The position numbers were made by a program, and so were the translations under genes. The notes beneath the pieces are model-generated. The model was not told where the DNA came from, did not search any database, and saw nothing but the letters and a program-made list of their open reading frames with translations. A stretch of 64,000 bases of DNA from Chiloscyllium plagiosum (lineage: Eukaryota), in the NCBI RefSeq assembly GCF_004010195.1, contig NC_057719.1, positions 29,549,244-29,613,243 of the forward strand, read 5' to 3'. Of the stretch, positions 1-12,865 are shown in pieces. How positions within the stretch are numbered: position 1 is the first letter of the stretch; each line of letters begins with the position of its first letter.

Positions 1-525
1 TGGTCTGAGTATTGAGTACAGGAGTTGGGAGGTCATGTTGCAGCTGTACAAGACATTAGTTAGGCCACTGTGCGTGCAATTCGTGCAATTCTGATCTCCT
101 TCCTATCGGAAAGACTTTGTGAAACTTGAAAGGGTTCTGAAAAGATTTACACCAGGGTTGGNNNNNNNNNNNNNNNNNNNNNNNNNNNNNNNNNNNNNNN
201 NNNNNNNNNNNNNNNNNNNNNNNGAACTAGAGGGCATAGGTTTAGGGTGAGAGGGGAAAGATATAAAAGAGACCTAAGGGGCAACTTTTTCACGCAGAGG
301 GTGGTACGTGTATGGAATGAGTTGTCAGAGGATGTGGTGTAGGCTGGTACAATTGCAACGTTTCAGAGGCATTTGGATGGGTAAATGAATAGGAAGAGTT
401 TGGAGGGATATGGGCCGGGTGCTGGCAGGTGGGACTAGATTGAGTTGGAATATCTGGTCGGCATGGACGGGTTGGACCGAAGGTTCTGTTTCCATGCTGT
501 ACATCTCTATGACTCTATGACTCTA
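1..525 (+). mobile_element. CR1-clade LINE 3' end (HER1-like), containing an N gap at 162-223
   Basis: Encodes CR1 ORF2 C-terminal motifs (FFTQRVVRVWNEL) and ends in a (CTCTATGA)n tail; highly similar to 49700-50283 and 21160-21730. Confidence 0.93.
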
Positions 526-1010
526 AGTGCATCACCTCACACTTATCTAGATTGAGTTCCATTTCTTCTGATCAGCTGTCCATATCCCCCTGTAATCTAA
601 GGCTATTTTCCTTACTATTTAACACCCCACCGATTTTCGTACCAAGTGCAAACTTACTGATCAACCCTCACAATTTCAAATCTAAATCATTTCTAAAAAC
701 CACAAACCGCAAGGGCCCTAACATTGAAACCTGCAGAGCCCACTGGACAGAGACCTCCAGTCACAAAAACATGCCCTGACTATCACCCACTGCTTTGTAC
801 CACTCAGCCAATTCTGGATTGAGTCTGCCAAATTTCCTTAGATCCCATAGACTCTTGCTTCCTTGAATTTCATAGGTTGTTATTTCCTTGGATACCATTA
901 GCTCTTACCCTTGCTATCAGTCTCCCATGAAGCCTCCCTTACAAAAACTTGCTAAAGTTTATATAGACTGCGTGGAAGGCATTGTCCTCATCTACACACT
1001 TAGTTACCAC
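525..1010 (-). mobile_element. Old degraded CR1 RT fragment
   Basis: The minus strand reads KCVDEDNAFHAVYINFSK (a variant of D.IY.DFSKAFD), with an FA-TKIGG remnant near 630-655. Confidence 0.7.
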
Positions 1011-1427
1011 TTTAAAAAACATAATACAAGAGATCTTGAAGCCAGTCTGGGTGCCTGTTGGTCTCAGGGTTGCAGGTGAGGTCAGCAGACATGCACTGGG
1101 AGGAAGAGCCACACAAAATACCCCGTGGCTTCCTCTTAGGACACTGCAGAGATTCTGAACCCAACACCACCACCCCTGTACTTGTGGTATCAAGGCCTGC
1201 AGAAGTTCCATCTGAGGAGGCTGCATCTACATCTGGGCAGGATCGGTCTGTAGACTCCGACCCTCTGTACCCAAATGCACATGACGACAACTGCTGAAAT
1301 CTTTCATACCCAACAGGACCAATTACACAACCAGTTCTCTCCACCTAGATACAGAATTTGGGATTGCATTTAGATTGTGTGGAAAGGTAAGGAAGAAAAA
1401 AAAGAGTAGTGGCACATTCGTGCCATT

Positions 1428-2743
1428 CAGCCACAGTTCATCAACTTCACCAACACATTCCACTCCGACCTTATATTCACCATCTTAGACACCTCCTGCC
1501 CCTTCCTGGACCTCTCCATCTTCATCAACAGTTACCGACTGAACACTGACATCTTCTATAAACCCATCTCCTCCCACCCTGCCTCCTGTAAAAATGCTAA
1601 CTCTTATTCCCAATTCATCTGCCTCCACTGCATCTGCTCCAGGAGGACCAGTTCCACCATAGAACGCACCAGATGGTCTCCTCCTCTAAAGACTGCAATT
1701 TCCTCTCCCGCCTGGTCAAAGATACCCTCCAGCGCATCTCATCCACTTCCCACACCTCCGCCCTTGAACCCCACCCTTCCAACTGCAACAAAGACAAAAC
1801 CTCTGGTCCTCAGCCTCTACCCCATCAACCGCTGTATACATCACATCATCCTCTGGCATTTCTGCCATCTACAAACAGACCCCAACATCAGGGATATATT
1901 TCCCTTCCTACCCCAAACCGCTTTCCATAAAGACCATTCCCTTTGTGATTCCTTTGTCAGGTCCTAGCCTCCCCGCTTCCCTCCAACTCCCCCCCCCCCC
2001 CAACCACCACTAACTCATCCTCCCCTCCTAGCACTTCCCCTGCCACCGCAGAAATTGCAAATCCTGTGCTACATCTCTCCACCACCCCCCCTCACCTCCG
2101 TCCAAGGCCCCAAAGGAGCCTTTCACACTCATCAAAGTTTTACCTGCACTTCCACACATGTACACACTGTATCCATTGCTCCCGATGCGATCTCCTCTAT
2201 ATTGAGGAGACAGGACTCCTAATCACAGAACACCTCTGGGACACTTGCACCAACCAACCCCACCACCCTGCGGCCGAACACTTCAATTTCCCCTCTCACT
2301 CTGCCTAGGACATGCAGGTCTTGGACATCCTCCAATGCCACTCCCTTACCACCCAACACCTTGAGGAAGAACACCTCGTCTTCTGCCTCCTCTTCTGCCT
2401 CAGGACCCTCCAACCCCATGGCATCAATGTGGATGTCACCAGTTTCCTCATTTCCCTGCCCACCACCTTATCCCAGTTCCAGCCTTCCAATTCATGACCT
2501 GTCCTACCTGTCCATCTTCCTTCCCACCTCCATCTACCTATCAGCTACCTTACCCCAGTCCCAGCCCCATCCCTCTCCCATTTATCTCACCACCCCCGAG
2601 GCTTTCAGCCCCATTCCTGATGAAGGGCTTTTGCCCGAAACGTCAATTCTCCTGCTCCTTGGATGCTGCCTGACCTGCTGTATTTTTCCAGCACCACACT
2701 CTCGACTCTAATCTCCAGCATCGGTAGTCCTCACTTTCGCCAA
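1428..2743 (+). mobile_element. Penelope-like element (family B), 5'-truncated: RT C-terminus, GIY-YIG endonuclease and 3' terminal repeat
   Basis: Peptides include CIHCSRCDLLYIEETG and AAEHFN (GIY-YIG region), and the DNA is similar to the reverse complement of 9934-11000. It is flanked by an 18-bp near-direct repeat (1410-1427 and 2744-2761, 16/18 identical). Confidence 0.9.
2617..2644 (+). ncRNA. Minimal hammerhead ribozyme motif (PLE family B), core intact
   Basis: CUGAUGA-A-[GGGC uuuu GCCC]-GAAAC-GUC. The stem I closing pair is a C/A mismatch in this copy. Confidence 0.8.
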
Positions 2744-5029
2744 TGGCACATTGGTGGCATTGGATTATATATAATTTTAAATCATTTTTCACCTTTGTAA
2801 ATATATGTTCACTTGCACTCTTCAAATGTCTACTCTGGTGCTTTTATGATTGTTGGACTTGGTTAAGTTGCACCCAGATAAGAAATAAGCAGCTTCTTCA
2901 GACATCCCAAGTATGAAAAAATGTTTTAATAATCAAGCATTACTCATCTCTCACAAGCAATCAACTCCTTGACAGCAGATAGCCTTAGAAATAAGGGCTC
3001 CTTCATCAACTTCCTTGATGTTGATGACTGCAAGCCAAGGAATTTCATTCTAATGTGGACAATATTGAGGCTAAATGCAATGTGCATGGATCATGCTAGG
3101 ATCCATGTTGCATACAACATTCCACACTTAACACACCTCACCAGTGAGAGTACAGAATCAGTGAAGATTCCACACATTTCTGCAGGGAAAGGCTCATTTC
3201 AACTATCAACTTTTCAAGGGAGTGTACTGCCATTCAAGACTAGGAGACAAACAATGGCAGTTCACTTGTCCATTCTTCCTCAGAATGCAACGACCTGCCA
3301 TGGAAAGGTACATAAAGTTCTCACAAGTTCAACAAACTACTTCTACGAAGCATTTTAGGTCAACTTAGCACTCTATGCAGACTCAGAAATGATTAATGCT
3401 GACCATTGATAGAAGAACCTACAGGAGATGCCACGGGGAGTCCTTTTATCCTGTGACCTGTCACAAGAGACTTCACTCTGCAACACTCTGATATCACATC
3501 TTGGGTGATGTCATAAGAGCAACCTAAGCTTAGCTCCATGCTATATTAGTGTACTGTCTCACAAACTGCTGCTTTTTCCCTAATGGCCAGGAGCTGTAAA
3601 GTGTAGACCTTTGGATGTGGAATCACCCAAAGATTCCACTGCACTAAGCAGGGGCTGCTTATTATATAACTAACAGAATGATGACTCTATGACTATAAAT
3701 AATAGTTTATGTCCTGGAAACAAGTTAAATTAGGTGCTCTCTCACTTCTTGTGCTTAACAATTCATTACTCTTCAATTCACTCTTGAATGACCCTTGTGG
3801 TCAATGTCCTGATTTTTATTCTTATCTTCAACATCAGAAAATAACTAACAATTCCCTATTTCTTCATTATCCAGGACACCCCCATTTTGTCAGCTCCAGT
3901 TGTGAAGAACACACATGCTACACTTGGCTACACTGCAAAGCCCTGACAGAATGGTGCAGGCATCAAAACTGCATTCTCAGACATCCTTGGTGGTAATGTG
4001 GCCAGCATTGTATCTTTTTTGTGTGTCAGTTTAAAAGTTTTGTAAAGGTATAATCAGCCATGGAGAGGGTAGTCCATATCTCACAGTAAATATCTCTGTT
4101 AGGCCCGAAGGCTATAGTGCCCTGCACTTGAGGATGTCAGCATGGTGGGGAATTCTACTGGCACAGCTGCTTAACTCTCCTTACAATGGGGAAAGGGTAT
4201 GAACAATTGTGATCTAGGTAAAACAGTAGCAATGACATCCTGGATGCAATTGTGTGGCAAGAATTGGCACAGGTCCCAATTTGCTCTGTGAAATGAACCA
4301 ATGGCATAAAATACCTGGTTAACTGTTTTTTAATATTTCTCCCATCTTCATTCATCCCCCGTTGTTCCCCACTGTTTATCCCATTCTTTTCCTCCCTCTG
4401 TTTCTCACCATTCAAATCTCTGCCTCTGTTTTGCTCACTCTTTTTGAACCCCGTGGTTCTGTCATCTCTCTATCTACATACCTGTTCTCCCTCCCTGTTT
4501 CTCTATCCTAATCCCATTTCCAACACTTGGCCTTTTATACCAAGGTGTTTCATGTGTTCACCTAAATATCTCAAGTGTCTTGAGGGTTCCTACCTGTCCT
4601 ACCCTTTTAGCAGTGATTTCCAGATATCCACAACTCTCTTGGTTAAAAAGGAACACTGGCTGAAAGACATACATGTGCTGGAAAATGGAATTAGAATTGT
4701 TGGTGACTAGTATAGATATAATGGGCTGAAGGACCTCTTTGCATTCTATATGAACTTTAAAGCTCTCTGTGACCCTAAACATAGGTCAGAGACTAGAAAC
4801 TCTTCAGCAAGTATGCTTTTGTATTTCTTATATCAATATGTCTTAGGTGCCTCTCTTTGATTAGTTCTTCTACTGCATCGCGGCTGTAGTTCCAATATCC
4901 TGTACCTTAGTGCAGCAGCAATACGGAACAGCACAACATTAAAACTAATTGAGTTTACCTGTTACATTATGAGGATCCGGAATTCTGAAAAAGAACAAAG
5001 GTCAACAGCAAGTATCAGTAACTTAGATA

Positions 5030-5250
5030 GGAACAACATGTGTATTTGTATTGTACTTTAAATGTAGTAAAACATTCCAAAGTGCTTCATAGGGGAATTA
5101 TCAAATACAATTTGACACCAAGTTCCCTAGGAAAATATTTAAAAGGTGATCAAATGATGTCAGATTTTCAGAAGTTCTTAAGAGAAGAAGAGAGATGGGG
5201 TTTAGGAAAAGCATTTCAGATTCTATGGCCTAGACAACCAGAGGCATGGC
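5030..5250 (-). mobile_element. Degraded L2-like LINE 3' end
   Basis: The minus strand reads ...gaagcactttggaatgttttactacatttaaagtacaatacaaatacacatgttgtt, resembling L2-type 3' tails. Confidence 0.5.
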
Positions 5251-5475
5251 TATCTAACATATTTCTTCAAAAAAATAGATTTGTACAAGTTTTCGAATAG
5301 AAAAGTCAGTTCGTTATTGAAAACTCTGCAACCTTTTGAAATACATACTAACACTTAACGCTTTATAAGAACTATTTTTAAATCCATTGTTACATGTGAT
5401 TTGATTTTACAGCAATTTGAGGAAAACCCTGTTTAAAAAAACACCAATACTTGGAAATGAATATACTTTTTTTAG

Positions 5476-5640
5476 TTAAAAATCACACAACATCAGTTTA
5501 TAGTCCAACAGGTTTAGTTGGAAGTACTAGTATTCAGAGTGCTGCTTCTTCATCAGGTAACTAGTGATGCAGGATCTTAACTTGGTGTTGTGTGATTTTT
5601 AACTTTGTCCACCCCAGTCAAATACTGGCACCTCTATATC
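5476..5640. mobile_element. Short PLE-derived element (family C) with inverted ends and a decayed hammerhead
   Basis: gttaaaaatcacacaacatcag is inverted relative to cttggtgttgtgtgatttttaac. The minus strand has a decayed core, CUGAUGA-AGAAGC..CUCU-GAAUA-CUA, at about 5527-5556. Related to 52260-53150. Confidence 0.6.
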
Positions 5641-6570
5641 ATACTTTTTTTAGGCATTGGTATTTTTCATCACAGGCTGCAAGTCTTGAACATGTACTGT
5701 TTCAGGCCACTCTTTCTAATCTCAGTTCATCAAAACTTTACCTTCTGTTTCTGCAAGAACAAGGACGCACTATCAGGGTTGATTGAACTTGCCACCACAT
5801 ATACTTCACTAAATGCAAAGATCACAGAACTAGAGTAAAATGAAGGCAAAACATGAAAGGATTTTCAATACCTTAAATTACTGCTCACATTTGTGATTCC
5901 TTGTTGTAGATGAGTGGTAATCAAGACCAACTTCAGTCTCCTGAGGACTCCTAGAATCAAGCATAATTTCTGATGTTCACACATAATGATTTCCATTCTC
6001 AGGGTTTTATTATTTTCTAACCTTATAAAAATTCAATTGTTTTCAATTGTTTACAAAGTGTTAGTAAATAACTAGTCAGAACAGAATGTATTGATGGGAT
6101 GAATGATAGCAAAATTATAACAAAGAAAGTAAAATGTTGTAGAAGTAGTATAGTACATACATTGAAAATATTTTCCTCTATTATTGTGTGCACATATCAC
6201 AGGTTATATTTGGTCCACCTACAAAACATCCTGATAACTCTGATTGATGCCTCATACTAATTTCACTGTAAAGGTTGAAAAAACCTGGAGGCAGAACATA
6301 ATCTTATCGCAATACTCTTTTAAAGCTGTAAGCACTCTATCATTGTTTGTTCAGGTTCTTGCTGTTTGGTCCTAGCATAAGTTTTAAAGTAGTCTTAAAT
6401 CTTTCCCTTATGCATTCAGCTGAAGGAACATTTGAAACAACTATTTGTGTCTTATTCGGTCAAGTGGTGTGGCGTGACCTAGGTGCAGAACCTTTTGATC
6501 TTCTATTGCTCTTGCTATTTTGTTTCTTAAATAAATGTTTCACGTCATGTTCCTTTTCTTTCAATGAACT

Positions 6571-6909
6571 CATGGTGGCTCAGTGGTTAGCACTGCTGCC
6601 TCACAGTACCAGGGACCTGGGTTCAATTCAGGCCTTGGGTGACTGTCTGTGTGGAGTTTGTGCATTCTCTCAGTGTTTGTGTGGGTTTCCTCCGGATGCT
6701 CCGGTTTCCTCCCATAGTCCAAAGGATGTGCAGGTCAGGTGAATTGGCTGTGCTAAATTGCCCATAGTATTCAGGGATGTGTAGGTTAGGTGGATTAGTT
6801 TGGGGTAAAAATAGGGTAGGGTGAATAGCTCTGGGTGGGTTATTCCTCAGAGGGTCGGTGTGGACTTGTTGGACTGAAGGGCCTGTTTTCACACTGTAGG
6901 GATTCTATG
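6571..6909 (+). mobile_element. HE1-type tRNA-derived V-SINE
   Basis: A box TGGCTCAGTGG, B box GGTTCAATTC, V-domain GTGGGTTTCCTCCGGATGCTCCGGTTTCCTCCCA, and a CR1-like tail GGGCCTGTTTTCACACTGTAGGGATTCTATGA. Confidence 0.93.
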
Positions 6910-6959
6910 AATATTGCTTCTGACTTGCGCTCACATGATGACTCTTAGTATGATTTTGA

Positions 6960-7330
6960 TAATGTGCCCAATAAGGCTGCCTGTCTTATGATGTTCGCAG
7001 AGGAAGATCTACAAAAACGTCTGGACCAACTGTAATGAACAGTAGCAGATATGGATTATCATTAAACTGCCTCAGATAGTATGCATGCTAATATCAAAGA
7101 AAAGAATTATACCTAGATGGAAAATTACAGTAGAGTTGAAAGAAATAAAATAGAATCATATTCTTATCTGGGTAACTTAGTAACAATATACCAGCAAGTG
7201 CATAAGGCTTAAAAAAACCTTCACAAAAATGTCAGCCCTCTTCAGAAATAAGAATATTTCTATGGAAAGCAGAATGAAGTAACAAAATCTATTCAATGTT
7301 ACTATACAGATAATAAAGATGGAATATATA
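6960..7330 (+). mobile_element. Highly degraded RTE-like LINE remnant
   Basis: Fragmentary EEDLQK-LD, YGLSLN, F-YLG and FTKM-NKNISM motifs with stops and frameshifts. Confidence 0.45.
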
Positions 7331-7339
7331 AGCAAGAGT

Positions 7340-7690
7340 GTTTAGTACAGCTGTAAGGAAGACTTATTTCAGCTGTAAAGGGACTGGGTGAGACCACACC
7401 TGGAGTACTGTGCGTAGTTTTGCTCTCCTTACCCAAGAAAAGATATATTTGCCCTAGAGGTGTGCAGCAACTGTTCATACAACTGAGTCCTGGGATATCA
7501 GGTTTGTAGTATGAGAGGAGACTGGAACAGCTGGGCCTGTATTCACCGGACTTTCAAAGAATGAGAGGGGATTTCATTTGACAGTTCTGACAGGACTGGC
7601 CAGACTGAATGCTTCCCTTGGCCAGGGGATCCAGAACAAGAGGTTAAGGTCTCAGGATACGTGGTGGTGAGAAGACATTTCTTCCCTGTA
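7340..7690 (+). mobile_element. Degraded CR1 3' fragment
   Basis: LVRPHLEYC-F-SPY-RKDI motif and an RGD remnant. Confidence 0.8.
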
Positions 7691-8559
7691 TTGCTCAGAC
7701 CTGGCTTAGAAAATTATTTTGTCATTGTTTGGTAGTACCTAACTTGAATATTGCTGAAAAAAGACACAGTTGTTCAAAGATTTGCATTTTGCAAAAAGAT
7801 TGTGAAAAGCATCTGTGCAAAGACGTAGCCTTGCTTGACCCCAGCTCATTCCAGGGCTTAGCCATATAAATCTTGCGCATGTATACACAGGAAATATGCA
7901 AACAGGCAATATCTGTGGAGGGAAACAGATTTAGCATTTCAGGACAATGGCCTTTATCATATTTAATAAGATCTTAGGACACCACTCAGTCTTCTCTTAT
8001 CATGGGAATTGACTCACCTCATTCACCCGTTCCTTATAGAAATGCAAGATTATTTATTGTATCCAGCCTAATCATTTTTTGCACCTTTTACAGTGCTTCT
8101 ATATCCTTTTTAGAATTTCGGAACTAGAACAATACACAGCAGTCAAAGTGTTGTCTAACCATGTTTAGCATAAATTCTCTATTTGTCAATTCTATCCCTT
8201 CATTAATGAACCCACAACTTGGATTTCCTTTTTGTTTTTTAAGATCCCCTTATTAATCTGTATAGATGCTCATGTAACGTTGCCATTTGTACACCTCAGC
8301 AACTTTGGTTTTCTATTCCCTTTTGATTCTTATTTTCCATGTGTCCCTCTGAATTTTCCTCGCAAAATTTAACACCTTACAGTTAATTTATTGAAAATAA
8401 TTGAATTATTAAGTCCATTATAATTCAATTTTTCAAGTTAGTTATTGTTGCTATTTGATTATATCACAAGTAATCCACGTCTGCAGTCCTACCACTTAGC
8501 CAAGTGGGCCCTGACTGCTGACTTACTGCTGTTCCAAATACTTTCTGCTTTAAAGAAAA

Positions 8560-8680
8560 ACAAAATATTGCAGATGCCAGAAATCTAAAATTAAAAAAAA
8601 GTTAACAAAGCACTCAACATGTCAGGCAGCAGTTGTGGAAAGAAACATTTCAAGTTGATGGTGACCTTTCATCAGTATTC
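8560..8680 (-). mobile_element. Old PLE terminal fragment with a decayed hammerhead
   Basis: The minus strand has CUGAUGA-AAGGU...AACUU-GAAAUGUU (8644-8675), followed by gctgcctgac...gcatctgca as in family B ends. Similar, more decayed copies lie near 7895-7960, 36715-36820 and 45870-45965. Confidence 0.55.
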
Positions 8681-8711
8681 ACTACTTTCTGTCTTTCAAC
8701 CAGTTAAGAGT

Positions 8712-9050
8712 GGTACGGTGGCACAGTGATCAGTGCTGCCTCACAGCACCATGGATCTCTGTTTGATTCCAGCCTTGGGCAACTGCAAGAAGTTTGCATG
8801 TTCTTCTGCTTGGGTTTTCACTGGGTGCTCTGGTTTCTTCCCACAGTCCAAAGATATGCAAGTTAGGAGGACTGGCCATGCTAAATTACCCTGAGAGGTT
8901 CATGGATATGTATGCTAGATGGATTAATCATGATAAATGTGCCATTACAGGGACAGGGTGGGGATTTTGGAACTGGACAGGATGTTCTTTGGATGGTCAG
9001 TGCAGACTTGATGGGCCAAATGATTTCTATCTGCATGGTAAGGAATCTAT
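8712..9050 (+). mobile_element. Older HE1-type V-SINE
   Basis: Same head, V-domain and tail layout as 6571-6909 but more diverged. Confidence 0.85.
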
Positions 9051-9311
9051 TATTTTATAAATTAATAAATTTACAAATTGCTTATCCCATAGCTTTACAT
9101 GATTTCACCTCATTCATTGGCCTCTATTTGACATCTTAAATACAAACGTGAATTCTTAAAATCTATAAATTAATCATTGCAATATGATAAAGGATGGAAG
9201 AAAAAGACACCTTGGTGATAATGTTTTCAATGAAACTTGCATAACGGATTTTGAGAAGATTTGTAGCTCAGGTTGGAGGTTCTGCATGTAGGTTTGTTTG
9301 CTTAGCTGGAA

Positions 9312-9363
9312 GGCTCATTTTCAGACGTTTCGTCACTATACTAGGTAACATCTTCAGTGAGCC
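9312..9363 (-). ncRNA. Hammerhead ribozyme motif (PLE family A), core intact
   Basis: GGCUCA-CUGAAGA-U-[GUUAC cuaguaua GUGAC]-GAAAC-GUC-UGAaaaUGAGCC. Stem I (UCA/UGA), stem II and a minimal stem III can all form. Confidence 0.85.
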
Positions 9364-9933
9364 TCTGTATGAAGCACTGGTGATGTAGCCCGTTTCTATT
9401 TATATGTTTGGGTTTCCTAAGATTGTTGATGTCATTTCCTGTTGTGACATCATTTTCTATGGTGACATCATATCCTGTTCTTTTTCTCAAGGGGTGGTAA
9501 ATGGGATCCAAGTTGATGTGTTTGTTGATAGAGTTCCGGTTGGAATGCCATGCCTACGAATCCTCGTGAGTGTCTCTGTTTGGCTTGTTCTAGGATGGAT
9601 GTGTTGTTCCAGTCAAAGTGGTGTCCTTTCTCATCTGTATGTAAAGATACTGGTGAGAGTGGGCCATATCGTTTTGTGGCCAGTTGATGTTCATGTATCC
9701 TGGTGGCTAGTTTTCTGCCTGTTCGTCCAATGTAGTGTTTGTTACAGCTCTTGCAAAGTATTTTGTAAATGACATTGGTTTTGTTTGTTGTCTGCATAGG
9801 GTCTTTCAAGTTCATTAGCTGCTGTTTTAGTGTGTTGGTGGGTTTGTGGGCTACCATGATGCCAAGGGGTCTGAGGAGGCTGGCAGTCATTTCCAAGATG
9901 TCTTTGATGTAGGGAGAGTGGTTAGGGTTTCTG

Positions 9934-11400
9934 GGAGAAAGTGAGGACTGCAGATGCTGGAGACCAGACTTGAAAAGTGTGGTACTGGAAAAGCACAGCA
10001 GGCCAAGCAGCATCCGAGGAGCAGGAGAATCGACGATTCCGGCATAAGCCCTTCTTCAGGAATGCCAAACGGGCTGAGATAAAAGGTGGTGGGGGGGGGG
10101 GTGAGCGGGCACTGGGAATACGATAGGTNNNNNNNNNNNNNNNNNNNNNNNNNNNNNNNNNNNNNNNNNNNNNNNNNNNNNNNNNNNNNNNNNNNNNNNN
10201 NNNNNNNNNNNNNNNNNNNNNNNNNNNNNNNNNNNNNNNNNNNNNNNNNNNNNNNNNNNNNNNNNNNNNNNNNNNNNNNNNNNNNNNNNNNNNNNNNNNN
10301 NNNNNNNNNNNNNNNNNNNNNNNNNNNNNNNNNNNNNNNNNNNNNNNNNNNNNNNNNNNNNNNNNNNNNNNNNNNNNNNNNNNNNNNNNNNNNNNNNNNN
10401 NNNNNNNNNNNNNNNNNNNNNNNNNNNNNNNNNNNGAACGCTGATAGGGGTGGGGAGGGAAATATATCCCTGGTGGTGGGGTCTGTTTGGAGGTGGCGGA
10501 AATGACGAAGGATGATACGATGTATCTGGAGGTTGGTGGAGTGGAAGGTGAGGACCAGTGGGGTTCTGCCCTGGTGGCGATTAGAGGGGCGGGGTTCAAG
10601 GAAGTGCAGGAAGTGGAGGAGATGCGGTGGAGAGCATCGTTGACCACGTTGGAGGGGAAATTGCGGTCTTTGAAGAAGGAGGCCATTTGGGTTGTTCGGT
10701 AGTAGAATCGGTCCTCCTGGGAGCAGATGCAGCGGAGGCGAAGGAATTGGAAATATGGGATGGCATTTTTACAGGGGGCAGGGTGGGAGGAGGTATAATC
10801 TAGGTAGCTGTGGGAGTCGGTCAGTTTGTAGTAAATGTCTGTGTTGAGTCGGTCGCCCGAGATAGAAATGGAGAGGTGTAGGAAGGGGAGGGAGGGGTCT
10901 GAGACGGTCCAGGTAAATTTGAGGTCTGGGTGGAAGGTATTAGTAAAGTAGATGAACTGTTCAACCTCCTCGTAGGAGCACGTGGTAGCGCCAATACAAT
11001 CATCGATATAGTGGAGGAAAAGGTGGGGGATGGTGCCAGTGTAGCTACGGAAGATGGACTGTTCCACATATCCGACGAAGAGGCAGGCATAGCTGGGGCC
11101 CATGCGGGTGCCCATGGCTACTCCTTTGGTTTGGAGGAAGTGGGAGGATTGGAAGGAGAAGTTGTTAAGAGTGAGGACCAGTTCAGTCAGTCAAAGGACG
11201 GTGTCAGTGGAAGGGTACTGGTTGGGTTGGCGGGAGAGGAAGAAGCGGAGGGCTTGGAGGACTTCGTGATGGGGGATGGAAGTGTATAGGGACTGGATGG
11301 CCATCGTGAAGATAAGGTGTTGGGGGCCGGGGAAGCGAAATCATGGAGGAGGAGGAGGGCGTGGGTGGTGTCCTGAATGTAGATGGGGAATTCTTGAACT
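9934..11400 (-). mobile_element. Penelope-like element (family B), 5'-truncated, nested in the family A element; N gap at 10129-10435
   Basis: RT core MGTRMGPSYACLFVG...YIDDCIG...LPFL...IYYK (ORF 9922..11115). Its 3' end matches 2610-2740, with a mutated hammerhead (GAAA to GAAU, broken stem II) at about 10032-10059. Confidence 0.92.
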
Positions 11401-12865
11401 CCTATCTGGGTGTCTTTAATGGTCTTCAGGAATTCTTGGGCGGAGTGGATGGAGTGACGTGAGTCTTCTATTGAGTATATCAGTCTCTGGCATAGCTCCT
11501 TGGCCAATCTGTAAGTTGATGTTCCAGGTAGCGAGACTATGGGTCTGAGGGGGGCTCCTGGTTTGTGAATTTTGGGTAATCTGTAGAAGTGTGGTGTGTT
11601 GGTTCCGTCTGGTTTCATTTTTTGGAAGTTGGTCTTATTTATTACTCCAGATTTCTGAGGTTTTTTGAGAAGGACTGTGATTCGGTTCTCTCGTTGTGGG
11701 GTCAGTCTAATGTCACTTGTTAGTAAGTGTTGGTATCGGCAAGTGGTGCATTTGCTTTCTCAATGTAGTCTCTTTGATTTAAGATGACTGTCAAGCGTCC
11801 TTTATCTGCAGGTAGGATAATTATGTTTTAATTTTTTTAAGTCTTTTTAAGTCTTTCCTTTGTTGTGTATTGAGTGTGTTTCCTTCCCTTTTCCTGCTTA
11901 ATGTTGATGCAACTGCCTGTCTGATGGTTTGCTGGGTTTCATCTGTGGGTTGGTTTTCTTTCAGGGTTGTTTCTAATGCTGCTAAGAAATCTTATCCGTA
12001 TCCATATCCTGAAAGTTGCAATTTAATCCTCTTACTAAAACAGCTATCTCAGTGTCTGTTAAGGGTCGGTCAGATAAATATTTTATCCATGCTTCTGTGT
12101 TGTCAGCATTGTTATTTTGTATAAGTTTGTCTATTTTTTTTCTGCAGGTTTAGTTTGTTCATTTTCTGTGTTTGTCGCTGTCTAATATCTATGGCTTTGT
12201 TGTACTGTGTCTGTCCATTCATAGTCTGTTGCATTAGTGAGTAAAGATTTTTGGCACAAACTTTCCTGGTTATATTTATGGAGCCTGTTGTGGGCATCAT
12301 TAATCATTTCTCTAAGCATTCCACGGCCGTTTTGCTCTGCTATTCTTTTGGCTAGTGGGGTGTTAAGGGGAGGTTTGTATTTAAGACATTTAGGTAGTAC
12401 CTGTTTCCTTAGGCACTCGTGCAGGATATATAGCCGTTCGTGGGTGGCGCTCTGTTGGATGGCATTGGTTTCCCATTTTCAGGTCATTTTTAGCTTATTG
12501 CGCCCATAGGTGTTAGTGGGTTTTGAGAAAATTTGTAGGTCAGGTTGAGGTTCTGGGTGTAGGTTTGCTCTCACTAGTATCCTTACATACAGATGAGGAA
12601 GGACACTACTTCACCTGGGACAACTCATCCATCCTAGGACAAGCCAAACAGAGACATGCACGAGAATTCCTAGAAGCATTCCAACCAGAACTTTATCAAC
12701 AAACACTGACTTGGATCCCATTTACCACCCCCTGAGAAAAAGAACAGGAAATAACATCACTATAGGAAATGATGTCACCACATGAAATGACATCGCCAAC
12801 CCTAGGATACTCAAACATATAACTAGGAAGTAGGCTACACCAACAGTGCTTCGTTCGGAGACTCA

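Noticed and set aside
2830..3560. Possible Harbinger transposase remnant or host exon (ORF 2969..3358)
   Set aside because: No convincing DDE motifs or splice-compatible protein similarity could be read; left unclassified.
6571..6650. tRNA genes at A/B-box sequences (also 40520-40598, 24508 and 25735)
   Set aside because: They continue into SINE bodies and I could not fold a full cloverleaf; they are SINE heads.
9922..11115. 397-aa ORF as an intact protein
   Set aside because: About 100 codons are N-gap, and the frame leaves the PLE RT before the gap; it is a broken retroelement.
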